Shown: positions 40,541-50,610, counted from the stretch's first letter. The stretch: 64,000 nucleotides of DNA from Desulforhopalus sp. (GCA_030247675.1 JAOTRX010000004.1:114910-178909), one strand, 5' to 3'. The notes: generated by a model from the sequence alone, not told the origin. Translations and numbers: made by a program.

Positions 40541-41612
40541 GGGCGATGAGGTCGGCTTTATGATTTACCAGATAGACGTGCACCGCGCCGCCGGTTACCC
40601 CCTGGCAGTATTCCCGGGCCTTGCGGCATACCGCTAGGATCAGATCCTGTCTGTCGGCTGCTTCGAGGTGGTCGTACATCTCTCTTGCGGTATTGGCACC
40701 TTCGATCTTGCCAAGCAGCTCTCCTGCGGCGCCAAGGCTTGCCAAAAGACCGACCCCGTCGGCCACCTCCAGGGCGCCATGCCGTACATGGGTCTGCGGG
40801 ATGGCAAGGGCCGCCTTCATGACTTTCGCCCACATTCCGGCAAGGTGCACCGTGGCAAAGGCCCGCTGCGCCGCCTCCTTCAGGGAGAATTCCAGATAAT
40901 CGCCCATCATCGCATAGGCCTCTTCCGGCAGCTTGAGAAGCTGCTGGGCGCCCTTCTCGGAGGTCCGGCCGGTGGACAGTACCACCTCGGTAAGGCCCGC
41001 TTCTTTTGCGACATCAAGGGAGGCCTTGATGGTGGCGGTCCAGGCGTCGGCGGAGATTGGCCGGACGATGCCGGTGGTACCGAGAATCGACAGGCCGCCG
41101 GTGATGCCCAGTCGGCTGTTGAGGGTCTTTTTCGCCAATTCCTCGCCGCCGGCAACCGAGATGATCACGGTAATCTTTTCACCGCCGGTAACCTCTTGCA
41201 CCGCCTGGCGGATCATCTGCCGGGGTATCGGATTGATGGCCGGTTCGCCGACCGCAACGGCCAGGCCCGGTTTGGTGACCTGACCGACACCCTCGCCCCG
41301 GCATAGCCGGATATTGCCAAGGAGTACGCAGTTGCCGGCGCCGAGCCGCTTGCGGCCGGTGCTGACGCTGGCGATAATCTCGGCGCCGTTGGTGACATCA
41401 GGGTCGTCTCCGGCGTCCTTGATAATGGAGGCGATGGCGCCACCCTCGGTGGTCCTGCAGGTATGTACCCGAAAGGTCTTGCGGCTGCCGTCGGGGAAGG
41501 GGATGGCGATTTCCTCCGGGCAGAGCCCCTCCATGAGGGCAAGGGTTGCTGCCTTGGCCGCGGCTGCCGCGCAGGCGCCGGTGGTAAAACCGCTGCGGAG
41601 ACGTTTACCCAT
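40533..41612 (-). CDS. cbiD: Cobalt-precorrin-5B C1-methyltransferase
   Basis: LRSGFTTGACAAAAAKAA, KDAGDDPDVTNGA, PAINPIPR, GGLSILGTTGIVRP. Confidence 0.95.
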   Translation of the reverse strand: MGKRLRSGFTTGACAAAAAKAATLALMEGLCPEEIAIPFPDGSRKTFRVHTCRTTEGGAIASIIKDAGDDPDVTNGAEIIASVSTGRKRLGAGNCVLLGNIRLCRGEGVGQVTKPGLAVAVGEPAINPIPRQMIRQAVQEVTGGEKITVIISVAGGEELAKKTLNSRLGITGGLSILGTTGIVRPISADAWTATIKASLDVAKEAGLTEVVLSTGRTSEKGAQQLLKLPEEAYAMMGDYLEFSLKEAAQRAFATVHLAGMWAKVMKAALAIPQTHVRHGALEVADGVGLLASLGAAGELLGKIEGANTAREMYDHLEAADRQDLILAVCRKAREYCQGVTGGAVHVYLVNHKADLIAHD

Positions 41613-41614
41613 GG

Positions 41615-42247
41615 TCACTCCGCCGCCAGCTTGATCAAGGCGTTGATGATCGCCGCCGCTACCGGGCTGCCGCCCTTGCGGCCGAGACTGGTGATATAAC
41701 AGGAGTTTTCTTCAACGAGGAGGGCCTTTGATTCGGCGGCGTTGACAAAGCCCACCGGCACACCGACGATCAGCGGGGCGGGGGCCGGAGCGCAGGCATT
41801 GGCGTTGCGGATCGCCTGAACCAGGGCAGTGGGGGCATTGCCGATGGCGATGATGCCGATATTAGGGCCAAAGCTCTCGGCAATCGCCACCTCCGATCTG
41901 GTTTTTTTGCTCGTCGCAGCCAGGGCTGCAATCTCTGGATCGGCAACCCGACAGATGACCTTACCACCAAATTTTCCGAGGCCGACCTTGCTGATCCCAG
42001 CCGCCACCATGGTGACGTCGGTGAGGATGTCCTTGCCGTCGCGGATCGCCTGGATGCCTCTGGCAATCGCCCCAGGGGCAAAGCGCATGCTGTCCTTGAA
42101 GGAAAAATCACCGGTGGCGTGGATGACCCGCTGGATGACCCGGAAGGTCTGTTCATCGAAGTCGTGGGGGCCGAATTCGCCACTGATGATCTTAAAGCTC
42201 TCCGCCTCAATTTCCGTGGGTGCTACCTGCTGCAGCTGCACTGCCAT
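41615..42247 (-). CDS. cbiC: Cobalt-precorrin-8 methylmutase
   Basis: EIEAESFKII, RVIHATGDF, AIGNAPTAL, GVPVGFVNAAESK, GRKGGSPVAAAIINAL. Confidence 0.95.
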   Translation of the reverse strand: MAVQLQQVAPTEIEAESFKIISGEFGPHDFDEQTFRVIQRVIHATGDFSFKDSMRFAPGAIARGIQAIRDGKDILTDVTMVAAGISKVGLGKFGGKVICRVADPEIAALAATSKKTRSEVAIAESFGPNIGIIAIGNAPTALVQAIRNANACAPAPAPLIVGVPVGFVNAAESKALLVEENSCYITSLGRKGGSPVAAAIINALIKLAAE

Positions 42248-42251
42248 ATCG

Positions 42252-43598
42252 TTACTCCAGGCAATAATTGATAAATTCACTCGCCACCTGCGGCGCAAAG
42301 CCGAAATGGAGATGCATATAACCGCCGAGGACCCGGCGGTAGGCGTAGCCTTCTTTGCCCACTGCGCCGCTGGTTATCTCGTAGATCCGGGCAATGTCTG
42401 CGGGCATCGGGTCGATGTTCGAATAATGAAATTCATGGCCGCGCATGACCGTCCCCGCCGGCCCGAAACAGCTGGGGGCTGTGGTGCGGACCTCGCGGTA
42501 GCCAAGGCTTGCCCGCTTCTCCTGCATCCTTGCCCGGACCGGAAAGGCGCCGACCATGGGATGGAAGGCCCCTTGGCCGTCAACAATACCCTCGGTCAGA
42601 TACATGAAGCCGCCGCATTCGGCGTAGACCGGCCCGTCGCCCTCGATCCATTGACGGATGGATTCGCGCATCGCTTCGTTTTTACTCAGCTGTTCGGCAT
42701 AGAGTTCTGGGTAGCCGCCGCCGAGATACATACCATCGATACCCTCCGGAAGCTTTTCATCGATCACCGGGCTAAAAAATATCAGCTCTGCCCCGGCTCT
42801 TCGCAGCAGGTCGAGATTGTCCTCGTAATAAAAACAGAAGGCCCGGTCTCTGGCAACTGCTATTCGGCATGGTCGTGCCGGTGGAACCGGTAAATCATCA
42901 CCGGCCCTGATCTCGACCTGGGCGCAGAGGGATAAAATTCTATCCAGGTCGATATGCCGGGCAACCGTATCGGCGAGGAGTTGTATCGCCTCTGGGCTAA
43001 GCGGTGCCTCGTCGCTCGTTAAAAGGCCTAAATGCCTGCTGGGGATGGAGAATTCCAGGGTGCGCGGCAGGTAGCCGAGGACCTCGGCCTGGCAGTGTTC
43101 CTCAATGGCCTCCCGCACCAGCTGCAGGTGACGGTCGCTGGCGATGCGGTTGAGAATCACGCCCTTCGGCGCCGCCTCAGGCAGCAAGGTCTCAAAACCC
43201 TTGACGATTGCCGCGGCGCTCTCGGCCATGGAGCGCACGTCGAGGACGAGAATCCCCGGCAGCTTGAGGGTCTTAGCGAGGATGCCGGAGGACGACAGGC
43301 CGCCGTCGAACATGCCCATGACTCCCTCGATAACGGCAACGCCCGCGCCCCGACTATGGCGCTGGAAGGTTGCGCGGGTGAAGGCCTCACCGCACATCCA
43401 CAGGTCGAGGTTGCGCGACACCGTGCCGGTGACCAGCTGATGCAGGCCGGGGTCGATGAAGTCCGGGCCGCATTTAAAGGGCTGGACGCGCAGGCCCCGT
43501 GCCCGCAGCGCCGCCATCAGGCCAAGGGCCACGGTGGTCTTGCCCGAGCCGCTGGACGTTCCGGAGACGATAAATGACGGGACAGTCGAGTTGCTCAT
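42252..43598 (-). CDS. cbiA: Cobyrinate a,c-diamide synthase
   Basis: GTSSGSGKTT, FKCGPDFIDP, IEGVMGMFDG, AFCFYY, LGGGYPEL, AECGGFMYL, GHEFHYS, YMHLHF. Confidence 0.95.
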   Translation of the reverse strand: MSNSTVPSFIVSGTSSGSGKTTVALGLMAALRARGLRVQPFKCGPDFIDPGLHQLVTGTVSRNLDLWMCGEAFTRATFQRHSRGAGVAVIEGVMGMFDGGLSSSGILAKTLKLPGILVLDVRSMAESAAAIVKGFETLLPEAAPKGVILNRIASDRHLQLVREAIEEHCQAEVLGYLPRTLEFSIPSRHLGLLTSDEAPLSPEAIQLLADTVARHIDLDRILSLCAQVEIRAGDDLPVPPARPCRIAVARDRAFCFYYEDNLDLLRRAGAELIFFSPVIDEKLPEGIDGMYLGGGYPELYAEQLSKNEAMRESIRQWIEGDGPVYAECGGFMYLTEGIVDGQGAFHPMVGAFPVRARMQEKRASLGYREVRTTAPSCFGPAGTVMRGHEFHYSNIDPMPADIARIYEITSGAVGKEGYAYRRVLGGYMHLHFGFAPQVASEFINYCLE

Positions 43599-44551
43599 GG
43601 CTTGCCGGCCGCCTTGCCTTTTGCTTCTGGGTAGAAGGCGGCGTTGAGCTGTTCAATGCCATTGAGGATGCGCAGGGTAGGGCGGGACACCAGGGACTCG
43701 GCGATGAGGAGAATTCGGCCCTCGCGCACCGCCTTGATCGCCTGAAAACCCGGTTCGTCGCGGATGGTGGCCTCTTCAACCGGATTCATCGTGCCCTGCT
43801 GGGCAAGAAAGATATCGATCTCGCCGCCGCGACTGAGAAGACGCTCCTTGCCGTAGGCGGCGATATTGGTTTCCCGCACCTGGTCGGCGTCGGCTGCGAG
43901 ATTGATGCCGCCAGCCTGTTCCAGGACATAGACGGCAATGCTGTCGGCGGCAAAGGTCTTCATCTTGCTGTGAATCGACTGGAAAAACACCCGCGGTCGC
44001 TGGCTGGCCGGGACATCCCGCAGGCGGGCCTGCACCACGGCTAGACGGGCAGTAAAGCCGGTAATCATTTCCTCTGCCTGTTGCTCGCGGCCGGTGAGGC
44101 TAGCGAGAGTTCGCCAGTAGGCAAAGATCTCTTCAATAGTATTCGGTTGTAAGGAGACAACCGTAATGCCCGCCAGGCGCAGCTTATTGATAAATTCCGG
44201 GTAGGAGCGTTCGATCATCGGCCGCACCAGCACCAGGTCGGGGCGGGCGGCAATGAATTTTTCCGGGTCGTCACGGTAGGAAAAGGTTGGTTTGCCGAGA
44301 ACCTCCGGCGGGTAGTCATCGCCCTTGCCGATGCCGACCAGGAGGTCAGCCGCGCCGAGGCTGCAGAGATTTTCGGTATGGGCCGAATATAAGGAGATGA
44401 TCCTGGTAAAGGGCCGGGTAATCTCCAGCTTTTGCCCTGAACTGTCGATCACCGTTGTGCCGCTGGCCGGGACAGGCTGCGTCAGGCAGAGACAGAACAG
44501 GAGGGCGAGCAACAGGGCAGTGGCAAAATGTCTTTTGGGCGGGGAGGTCAT
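43595..44551 (-). CDS. Corrinoid/metal-chelate ABC transporter substrate-binding protein (BtuF-like)
   Basis: Signal peptide; RIISLYSAHTENL, PEKFIAARPDLVL, SRPTLR. Confidence 0.85.
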   Translation of the reverse strand: MTSPPKRHFATALLLALLFCLCLTQPVPASGTTVIDSSGQKLEITRPFTRIISLYSAHTENLCSLGAADLLVGIGKGDDYPPEVLGKPTFSYRDDPEKFIAARPDLVLVRPMIERSYPEFINKLRLAGITVVSLQPNTIEEIFAYWRTLASLTGREQQAEEMITGFTARLAVVQARLRDVPASQRPRVFFQSIHSKMKTFAADSIAVYVLEQAGGINLAADADQVRETNIAAYGKERLLSRGGEIDIFLAQQGTMNPVEEATIRDEPGFQAIKAVREGRILLIAESLVSRPTLRILNGIEQLNAAFYPEAKGKAAGKP

Positions 44552-44560
44552 GGCATACCT

Positions 44561-45352
44561 TTACTGAAAATATTGGAAACTCACCTGATGTGCCTGATTA
44601 TATGGGTCTATTGAGACCTGCGCCGCGACTCCGAAGACCTCGGCAATGGTCGCCGCCGTCATCGTTTCGGTGGTGGGGCCGTGCTGCTGCAATTTTCCGT
44701 CCTTCATGAAAATCAGATAATCGCAATAGGCCGCCGCCAGGTTGAGGTTATGGATGACGGCGATAATCGTCCTGCCTTCTTCGCGGACCAGGCGCCGGGC
44801 GAGATTGAAGATCTGCAGGGTGTACTTGACGTCAAGGCTCGACGTCGCCTCGTCAAAGAGCAGCACCGGCGTATCCTGGGCAAGGGCCCTCGCCACCACC
44901 GCCCGCTGTTTTTGGCCACCGGAGAGGGTATTGGTATAGCGGCCGCGCAGCTTGCTGATGCCGATTGCCGCCATGGCCCGGTCAACCGCCTGCCAGTCTT
45001 CCTGGGAAGGTGATGCGAAGCGGTCGATATGCGGATGCCTGCCCATCATGACGATTTCCTCGACGGTAAAGCCGAAACCGGTGTCAAATTCCTGGGGGAC
45101 GAGGGCCAGCTGCCGGGCAAGATCTCGCTTGCTGTAGGAGGGGAGCGGCTGCGACCGGTAGTTGATAGTACCGGTTTGCGGTTTTTTGCAGCCGGTGAGA
45201 AGGTCGAGAAAGGTCGTTTTGCCGCAGCCGTTGGGTCCGACGATGCCGTAAAATTTGCCGGGAGCAAGGCTGAGACTTAAGTCGTTTACGGCCAGTGTGC
45301 TGGCGTAGGCAAAGGATAATCCCTGTATTTCAAAGAGATAATCGCTATTCAT
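44561..45352 (-). CDS. ABC transporter ATP-binding protein (FepC/BtuD-like)
   Basis: GPNGCGKTT, LSGGQKQR, LLFDEATSSLD, VIHNLNLA. Confidence 0.92.
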   Translation of the reverse strand: MNSDYLFEIQGLSFAYASTLAVNDLSLSLAPGKFYGIVGPNGCGKTTFLDLLTGCKKPQTGTINYRSQPLPSYSKRDLARQLALVPQEFDTGFGFTVEEIVMMGRHPHIDRFASPSQEDWQAVDRAMAAIGISKLRGRYTNTLSGGQKQRAVVARALAQDTPVLLFDEATSSLDVKYTLQIFNLARRLVREEGRTIIAVIHNLNLAAAYCDYLIFMKDGKLQQHGPTTETMTAATIAEVFGVAAQVSIDPYNQAHQVSFQYFQ

Positions 45353-46385
45353 AGCTTCTGCCCTTCTGTTTCTGGCGGAAGATGACGCAGAAAAACGGCC
45401 CGCCGATGAGCGCGGTGAGGACGCCAATCGGCACCTCAGTCGGCAGCACGGCGCGGGTTACGGTGTCGGCGACAAGGAGCAGGATGGCACCGGCAAAGGC
45501 CGAGGCCGGCAGCAATTTGCGGTTGTCCGGGCCGACAAGGTAGCGCATGAGGTGCGGGACAATGAGGCCGATAAAGCCGATGATGCCGGTGATAGCGACG
45601 CAGACCGCGGTGACGAGAGAGGCGGTGAAGAGAAGGATCTTCCGAACCTTGGCGGTATCGACACCGAGGGCATCCGATGACCTTCGGCCAAGGCTCATAA
45701 TGTTCAGGTCGCGACCGTAATACAGGGTTATCGCCGCTCCGAACAGCACGGCACAGCCCACCAGTGCCACCCCCTTCCAGGTGCTCGCGGCAAAACTGCC
45801 CATCAGCCAGAAAATGATAATCGCCACCTGTTCGTCGGCCAGGTATTTCAAGAAACTGATACCGGCGGAAAGGATGGCCGAGGCGATGACCCCGGAAAGA
45901 ATGAGGGTCTGGGCCGAGATCTGGCCGTTGAAGGTGGAAAGACGCATGACCGTCAACAGGGTAAGGATCGCTCCGATAAAGGCGAAAAGCGGGGTAGAAA
46001 AATGGCCGAACAGGGTGACATTGGCAAGCAGGGCAAGTGAGGCACCGAAGGCGGCGCCGCTGGAAATCCCCAAGGTATACGGGTCGGCAAGGGGGTTCAG
46101 AAGAATGCCCTGGTAGATGACGCCGCTCATCGCCAGACCCGCCCCAACCAGTGCGGCGGTGAGGATGCGCGGCAGGCGGACGTCCATGACCACGTAGGGC
46201 ACGGTCTTTTCCAAACCGTCGAGCAGCGATGGATTGCCGAAAACCTCGGCGCCGATAACGCGGAGAATCCCCCCCGCATCGATCGCCATATAACCCATGC
46301 CGGTTGAGACGACAATCGTCACCGCCGTTGCGGCGGCAAGAATGAGAGTCAGGGCTATGAATTTCTTTTGCGAGTGACGAAGCAT
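45345..46385 (-). CDS. FecCD/BtuC-family ABC permease
   Basis: VRLPRILTA, NPLADPYTLGISSGA, FWLMGS, IGFIGLIVPH, PIGVLTALIGGPFF. Confidence 0.92.
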   Translation of the reverse strand: MLRHSQKKFIALTLILAAATAVTIVVSTGMGYMAIDAGGILRVIGAEVFGNPSLLDGLEKTVPYVVMDVRLPRILTAALVGAGLAMSGVIYQGILLNPLADPYTLGISSGAAFGASLALLANVTLFGHFSTPLFAFIGAILTLLTVMRLSTFNGQISAQTLILSGVIASAILSAGISFLKYLADEQVAIIIFWLMGSFAASTWKGVALVGCAVLFGAAITLYYGRDLNIMSLGRRSSDALGVDTAKVRKILLFTASLVTAVCVAITGIIGFIGLIVPHLMRYLVGPDNRKLLPASAFAGAILLLVADTVTRAVLPTEVPIGVLTALIGGPFFCVIFRQKQKGRSYE

Positions 46386-46404
46386 AGCAGCCGAATTGGG
46401 CAAA

Positions 46405-47364
46405 TCAAGCAAGGAAATAATACATAAAGGCCACCACGACGACACACAGCGCCCGCACCACCTGGCTGGTAACGACCAGCTGCACGGCCAGCTGCGGTGC
46501 ATAAATTCCAGTGTAATAGGGCAGTTGGTGGCGAATTGCCCTGATCGGTGTCGAAAGGATATTGCCGACCAAAAGGGCCAGAACCACCTCCTTGGTAGTA
46601 AGACTGTTTTCAGCAAGGAGGACGCTGGCAGCGGCGAGTCCCGCGGAAAACTCGGTGGTCACATGCAAAACTACAATACCCAGGCTCTGTGGGTTGAGCC
46701 AGGACAAAAACCAGGCATTGGCGGCGATGTATTCCTCAAGCCGGGTAAATAGACCATATCTATTGAAAAGAAAAAAGAGGATATACACCGGGATCATGAA
46801 CAGCATCACCTTGCCAATCCGTTTTTTCAGGCGTCTAAAGCTCTTGACCAGGGCGTCACGCCAGCCGATTTGCTTTGCGCCGGGCGCGGCAGTGTAAGCG
46901 GCACCATCACTGCCCGGCAAGAGTAAACGACCGCCGCCTACCACCAATAAAGTCTGCAGAATGGTTGCGGCAAAGGTCAGTCCGACATAGAGGAAGGCAC
47001 CGCTTTTAATCATCGGCGCGGTAAGGAAAAAAACCGTCGGCAGATGGAGAAAAAAGCGCGGCAGGGAGTTGAAGAGGTTGGCAAGGTATAGCTCGGTTTT
47101 GGCCATTCGTCCCTGGTCGTAGGCCTCGGCGAGCATGGTGTTGGAGGACACGCCGGAGATGAAGGCAATGGAAAAGCTCGCGCCGGTGATCGATGATAAC
47201 CGGCCCATTCGCAGTAAAGGGCGGACAAGCCCCGCCAAGCGGTGGGTCCAGTTGAGGCTTTCGATGAAATTGGCGATAAACAGACCGATACTGATAAAAA
47301 AGGCGATTCTGGCAATCGGCAGGATGATCTGCGGCCAAAGCTCTGCGAGGAGATCCTGGTGCAT
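46405..47364 (-). CDS. Nucleoside-recognition (Gate)-type membrane protein, first gene of the cob arm
   Basis: Multi-TM protein with two repeated halves (FISGVSSNTMLAE; ILSTPIRAIRHQLP); the start could be upstream at 47427. Confidence 0.6.
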   Translation of the reverse strand: MHQDLLAELWPQIILPIARIAFFISIGLFIANFIESLNWTHRLAGLVRPLLRMGRLSSITGASFSIAFISGVSSNTMLAEAYDQGRMAKTELYLANLFNSLPRFFLHLPTVFFLTAPMIKSGAFLYVGLTFAATILQTLLVVGGGRLLLPGSDGAAYTAAPGAKQIGWRDALVKSFRRLKKRIGKVMLFMIPVYILFFLFNRYGLFTRLEEYIAANAWFLSWLNPQSLGIVVLHVTTEFSAGLAAASVLLAENSLTTKEVVLALLVGNILSTPIRAIRHQLPYYTGIYAPQLAVQLVVTSQVVRALCVVVVAFMYYFLA

Positions 47365-47602
47365 GGTGATTGGGACAGGATGTTGGAATTGCTGGTCAGC
47401 TCCCGGTACCGTCTTCTCTACGGTCAAGAAATGCCGGGGCGGTTGATAATTCAGGGCGATACTACACCCGGTGAAGGAGAAAGCAAATAGATATTATCGA
47501 CAGGCGATTCGGGCAAAAGAGCGGTTATGGTGTTGGTCTCGCCAAGCCAAATTGCCGGGAAAAGAGTTGACTTTCTTGCCCGCTGCCTGTTTACTTGCCA
47601 TC

Positions 47603-47792
47603 ACGTTTCAGGCGCTTTTCTTGTCCGCCGCATTGGGGGGTACGGGCAAAAGCTTAAAAGGGAACCTCGTGTAAGTCGAGGACGGGCCCGCCGCTGTAAC
47701 CGGGTACAAATCCACGTTGAGCCACTGGGAGACAATCCTGGGAAGGTGTGGAAGATTGGCTGATCCGGGAGTCAGAAGACCTGCCTGAGGTG
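47603..47792 (+). ncRNA. Cobalamin (B12) riboswitch
   Basis: AAAAGGGAA-CCTCG-TGTAAGT-CGAGG, GCCCGCCGCTGTAA, GCCACTGGG...CCTGGGAAGG, GAGTCAGAAGACCTGCC B12-box, upstream of cbiK. Confidence 0.93.
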
Positions 47793-47917
47793 TTTCGTCG
47801 CTTATCCCGTGGAAAGGATGCTGCAATCGATACGAGGACAACAGGGACTCCCCGGATCATCAATGGTGATTCGGGTTTTTTTATTCTCCGGATCACGAGC
47901 ACCAAGGAGGATTACCC

Positions 47918-48901
47918 ATGTTGTCGCTGGCCAGCAGAGTATTGGTCGTCGCCCTTTTCACCGTTGTTGCCGCTACGTCTGCCATTGCCTCGGGTAATGC
48001 ACCTACCGAGGCAAAAACCGCCATACTTCTTGCCAGTTTTGGCACCACCGTACCGTCTGGTGTCAAAGCCCTCAACAATATCACCGAACAGGTGCGCAAG
48101 GCCTATCCGAAAACGGAGGTGCGGATCACCTTTACCTCGAATATGGTCCGTTCCGTATGGAAAAAGCGCCGCGCCGAGGCCGACAAATGGCTGGCCCAGG
48201 GCATCCCATCCGAGATTCTCCATGTCAAAAACATCATCCAGGCCATGGGTGATCTGCAGGAAGACGGTTACCGCAATATCATCGTTCAGCCCACCCATAT
48301 GTTCTATATGGAACAATCATACGACCTGACTAGCTATGTCAGCGCCCTCGGTTCGATCAAGACCCTCAAGGCCAAATGGCAGCCCTTTGATAGGGTTATA
48401 ATGGGGCGGCCAGCTCTTGGCATGCCCGGTGACCGGTACAGCTATTCCGACGATATCGACCGGGTTGTCAGGTCTCTTGCCGGCGATGTGGCAATGGCCC
48501 GCAAGGAGGGGGCGAGCCTCCTCTATATGGGGCATGGCAACGAAAACTGGTCGACTGGCATCTATGCCGAAACCGAGAAAAAGATGCGGGCAGCCTACTC
48601 GGACGTCGATACCTTTATCGGTGTTGTCGAGGGCACTCCGTCATTGGACGACCGCTTGCCGGCAATGAAGGCCGGCAAATCAAAGAAGATACAACTCCGG
48701 CCTTTTATGATCACCGCCGGGGACCACGCAGTCAATGACATGGCGGGCGAGGACAAGGATTCATGGAAATCGATACTTCAGGCCGAGGGCTTTACCGTGC
48801 AGCCGGTTCTGGAAGGACTGGGGTCGAATCCGGCCTTTGCCGCGCTCTTTGTTGAGAATATTGCCGATGCCGCCAAGGAAGGCGGTCTGACTTTGCAGTA
48901 G
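47918..48901 (+). CDS. cbiK: Sirohydrochlorin cobaltochelatase CbiK with signal peptide (periplasmic type)
   Basis: AILLASFGT, VQPTH, YMGHGN, PFMITAGDHAVNDM, LEGLG; hydrophobic N-terminal signal. Confidence 0.9.
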   Translation: MLSLASRVLVVALFTVVAATSAIASGNAPTEAKTAILLASFGTTVPSGVKALNNITEQVRKAYPKTEVRITFTSNMVRSVWKKRRAEADKWLAQGIPSEILHVKNIIQAMGDLQEDGYRNIIVQPTHMFYMEQSYDLTSYVSALGSIKTLKAKWQPFDRVIMGRPALGMPGDRYSYSDDIDRVVRSLAGDVAMARKEGASLLYMGHGNENWSTGIYAETEKKMRAAYSDVDTFIGVVEGTPSLDDRLPAMKAGKSKKIQLRPFMITAGDHAVNDMAGEDKDSWKSILQAEGFTVQPVLEGLGSNPAFAALFVENIADAAKEGGLTLQ

Positions 48902-49003
48902 CCAGGCAACCGGCTAAGCCTGGTGGTGCACTCCAGGAGGGTGGTAAGCGGCAGTGCCGTCCGCACTCCTCTTTAGCGGAAACATTGGAAGGAAGGTAAA
49001 AAA

Positions 49004-49729
49004 ATGCAGGGAACATTTTATGTGGTTGGTGTGGGGCCGGGAGATCCGCAGCTCATGACTTTGAAGGCGGCGGCAATCCTCAAAAAATGTCCCGTCTGGT
49101 TTGTCCCATCGGCCTTTGAAAACGGCGGCAGCATGGCCCTGAAGATCGCCTCGGGGGCCGTGGAGCAGAAAGGGAAAACTATCCTCAGTCATCGTTTCCC
49201 GATGAAACAGGTGCACCGCGGCCAACCGGCCGATCCCGAGGTAAAAAGCGCCTGGCAGGAAGCGGCCAAGACCATTATGAGTCATCTCCAGGAAGGCCGG
49301 GATGTGGTGTTCCCAACCCTGGGCGATCCGGCCATCTATTCAACCGCTTACTATGTCTGCGAAACCCTTCAGGAATACGGCTCGCCCTTCAGGGTTGAAA
49401 TTGTTCCCGGGGTCTCGGCCATTGGTGCCTCTTCCGCCGCCGCCACCGTGCCGCTGTGCCTGGGCGATGAGCGGCTGGTGGTCATTCCGGCGACCTTTGA
49501 AAACGAGCGCATCCGCGAACTGCTGAACCTCTGTGACGTGGCGGTGTTTATGAAGGTACATACGGTCATGGAACGCCTGGTTGGTTTGCTCGATGAGTTG
49601 GGGCTTGCCGACAAGGCGGTACTCGTCGAACGGTCAAGCCTTGAAGACCAGAAGATCTGGACCAATGTCCGTGAGGCGGTCGGCCGGGAAATCCATTATT
49701 TCTCGACGATGGTAGTACGCAAGGGATGA
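49004..49729 (+). CDS. cbiL: Cobalt-precorrin-2 C20-methyltransferase
   Basis: FYVVGVGPGDPQLMTLKA, FPM, TLGDPAIYST, IVPGVSA, FMKV, YFSTMVV. Confidence 0.95.
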   Translation: MQGTFYVVGVGPGDPQLMTLKAAAILKKCPVWFVPSAFENGGSMALKIASGAVEQKGKTILSHRFPMKQVHRGQPADPEVKSAWQEAAKTIMSHLQEGRDVVFPTLGDPAIYSTAYYVCETLQEYGSPFRVEIVPGVSAIGASSAAATVPLCLGDERLVVIPATFENERIRELLNLCDVAVFMKVHTVMERLVGLLDELGLADKAVLVERSSLEDQKIWTNVREAVGREIHYFSTMVVRKG

Positions 49730-49852
49730 GAGGCTCTGCGGTGTCCGACAAAAAAAGGGACGAGATCCTGGCAGAGAAAGCCAAGGAGGCTTTCACACGC
49801 TGCGGCAATTGTGCCCAAGCATCGTTTGCGGTTCTTCAGGATGCATTCACGC
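49726..49852 (+). pseudogene. 5' fragment of a C_GCAxxG_C_C-family redox protein
   Basis: AKEAFTRCGNCAQASFAVLQDAF resembles this family's N-terminus; family-like sequence stops at about 49852, where reverse-strand intI sequence begins. Confidence 0.6.
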
Positions 49853-50432
49853 TTGATATCATCCACCCCAAGCAGCTTTGGGCCTTTCCTTTCTACATAT
49901 GTTTGGAAACTGCGGGTGCATGACATGTGGGACTCCAAGGTTCTTACTGAATCATGCCGCAATTGAAGCCTGCTTTCATACTCAGTTCTACCCGCCGCCA
50001 GTCGGCTCCAGTCAATTTTGGGGTTTCCGGCATCTTTTCGCCGGTTGCCTGGATTATGACTTTTCCCTTCCGCGCATCTAATTGTCCTTGAGTTCACCCG
50101 CTTTCTTTGTTATGAAAAAGTGTGCCTTCCTCTTTTATCAAGTTGTTGTTCTGCTGATTTTCATAATTTGGCGAGTATCGCTGGGAAGCTGCATCTTCCA
50201 GAATAGTTCGATGGCCTTTTGCGCTTGCAGCCGCAACATTTCAGGTTGATTGATTTTGCCTAGTTTTTTGATAAAGACAAGAACCGAAGATTTCCAAGTG
50301 AATGAGGGTTTATCGTTCAGGGAAAAATCCCAGTAATACCGCAACTATTTTATGAAAAAATGGCAGTCTTCGATAGGAACACCCTGATCGTTGTTAAAAG
50401 GAGAGAGGTTGTTTGCAATAGCACGTGGAAGC
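49852..50432 (-). pseudogene. intI: Integron integrase, N-terminal remnant (catalytic domain deleted)
   Basis: IK*LRYYWDF...FIKKL...QAQKAIELF (in-frame TAG at 50345-50347), then after a frameshift LQLRHDSVRTLESHMSCTRSFQTY..K.PKLLGVDDIK, resembling the LRHYS.RT..Y..W SAM-like domain; divergent from an attC array. Confidence 0.75.
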
Positions 50433-50477
50433 AGGGCCCTGTGGTTATATAGGTATAGGTACCACCTGTTTTCTGCA

Positions 50478-50526
50478 TGTTATAGCTGAGTTGAGCAGCT
50501 TGTCTGCTCGTACGAAACTTATGCCC
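50478..50526 (-). promoter_or_regulatory. Conserved element upstream of intI containing the GAGCAG-ACAAG-CTGCTC palindrome
   Basis: Lies between the intI 5' end and the putative attI; a near-identical copy sits at 22858-22905. Confidence 0.55.
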
Positions 50527-50564
50527 TTGTGGTATATGCAGTTAGTAGACGACCTGCATCCTCC

Positions 50565-50591
50565 TGAATGCGTTGTATAGAAGCGTTAGGC
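50565..50591 (+). mobile_element. Putative attI site (core GTTAGGC at 50585-50591)
   Basis: First exact GTTRRRY core after the intI 5' end with no upstream attC-type left arm; AATGCGTT...AAGCGTT short direct repeat. Confidence 0.5.
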
Positions 50592-50610
50592 TCGGAGATA
50601 GAGGACTATA

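Noticed and set aside
49921-49923. TGA ending the 65-aa ORF as a second selenocysteine candidate
   Set aside because: Sequence beyond about 49852 is reverse-strand intI; there is no aligned Cys and no SECIS-like hairpin
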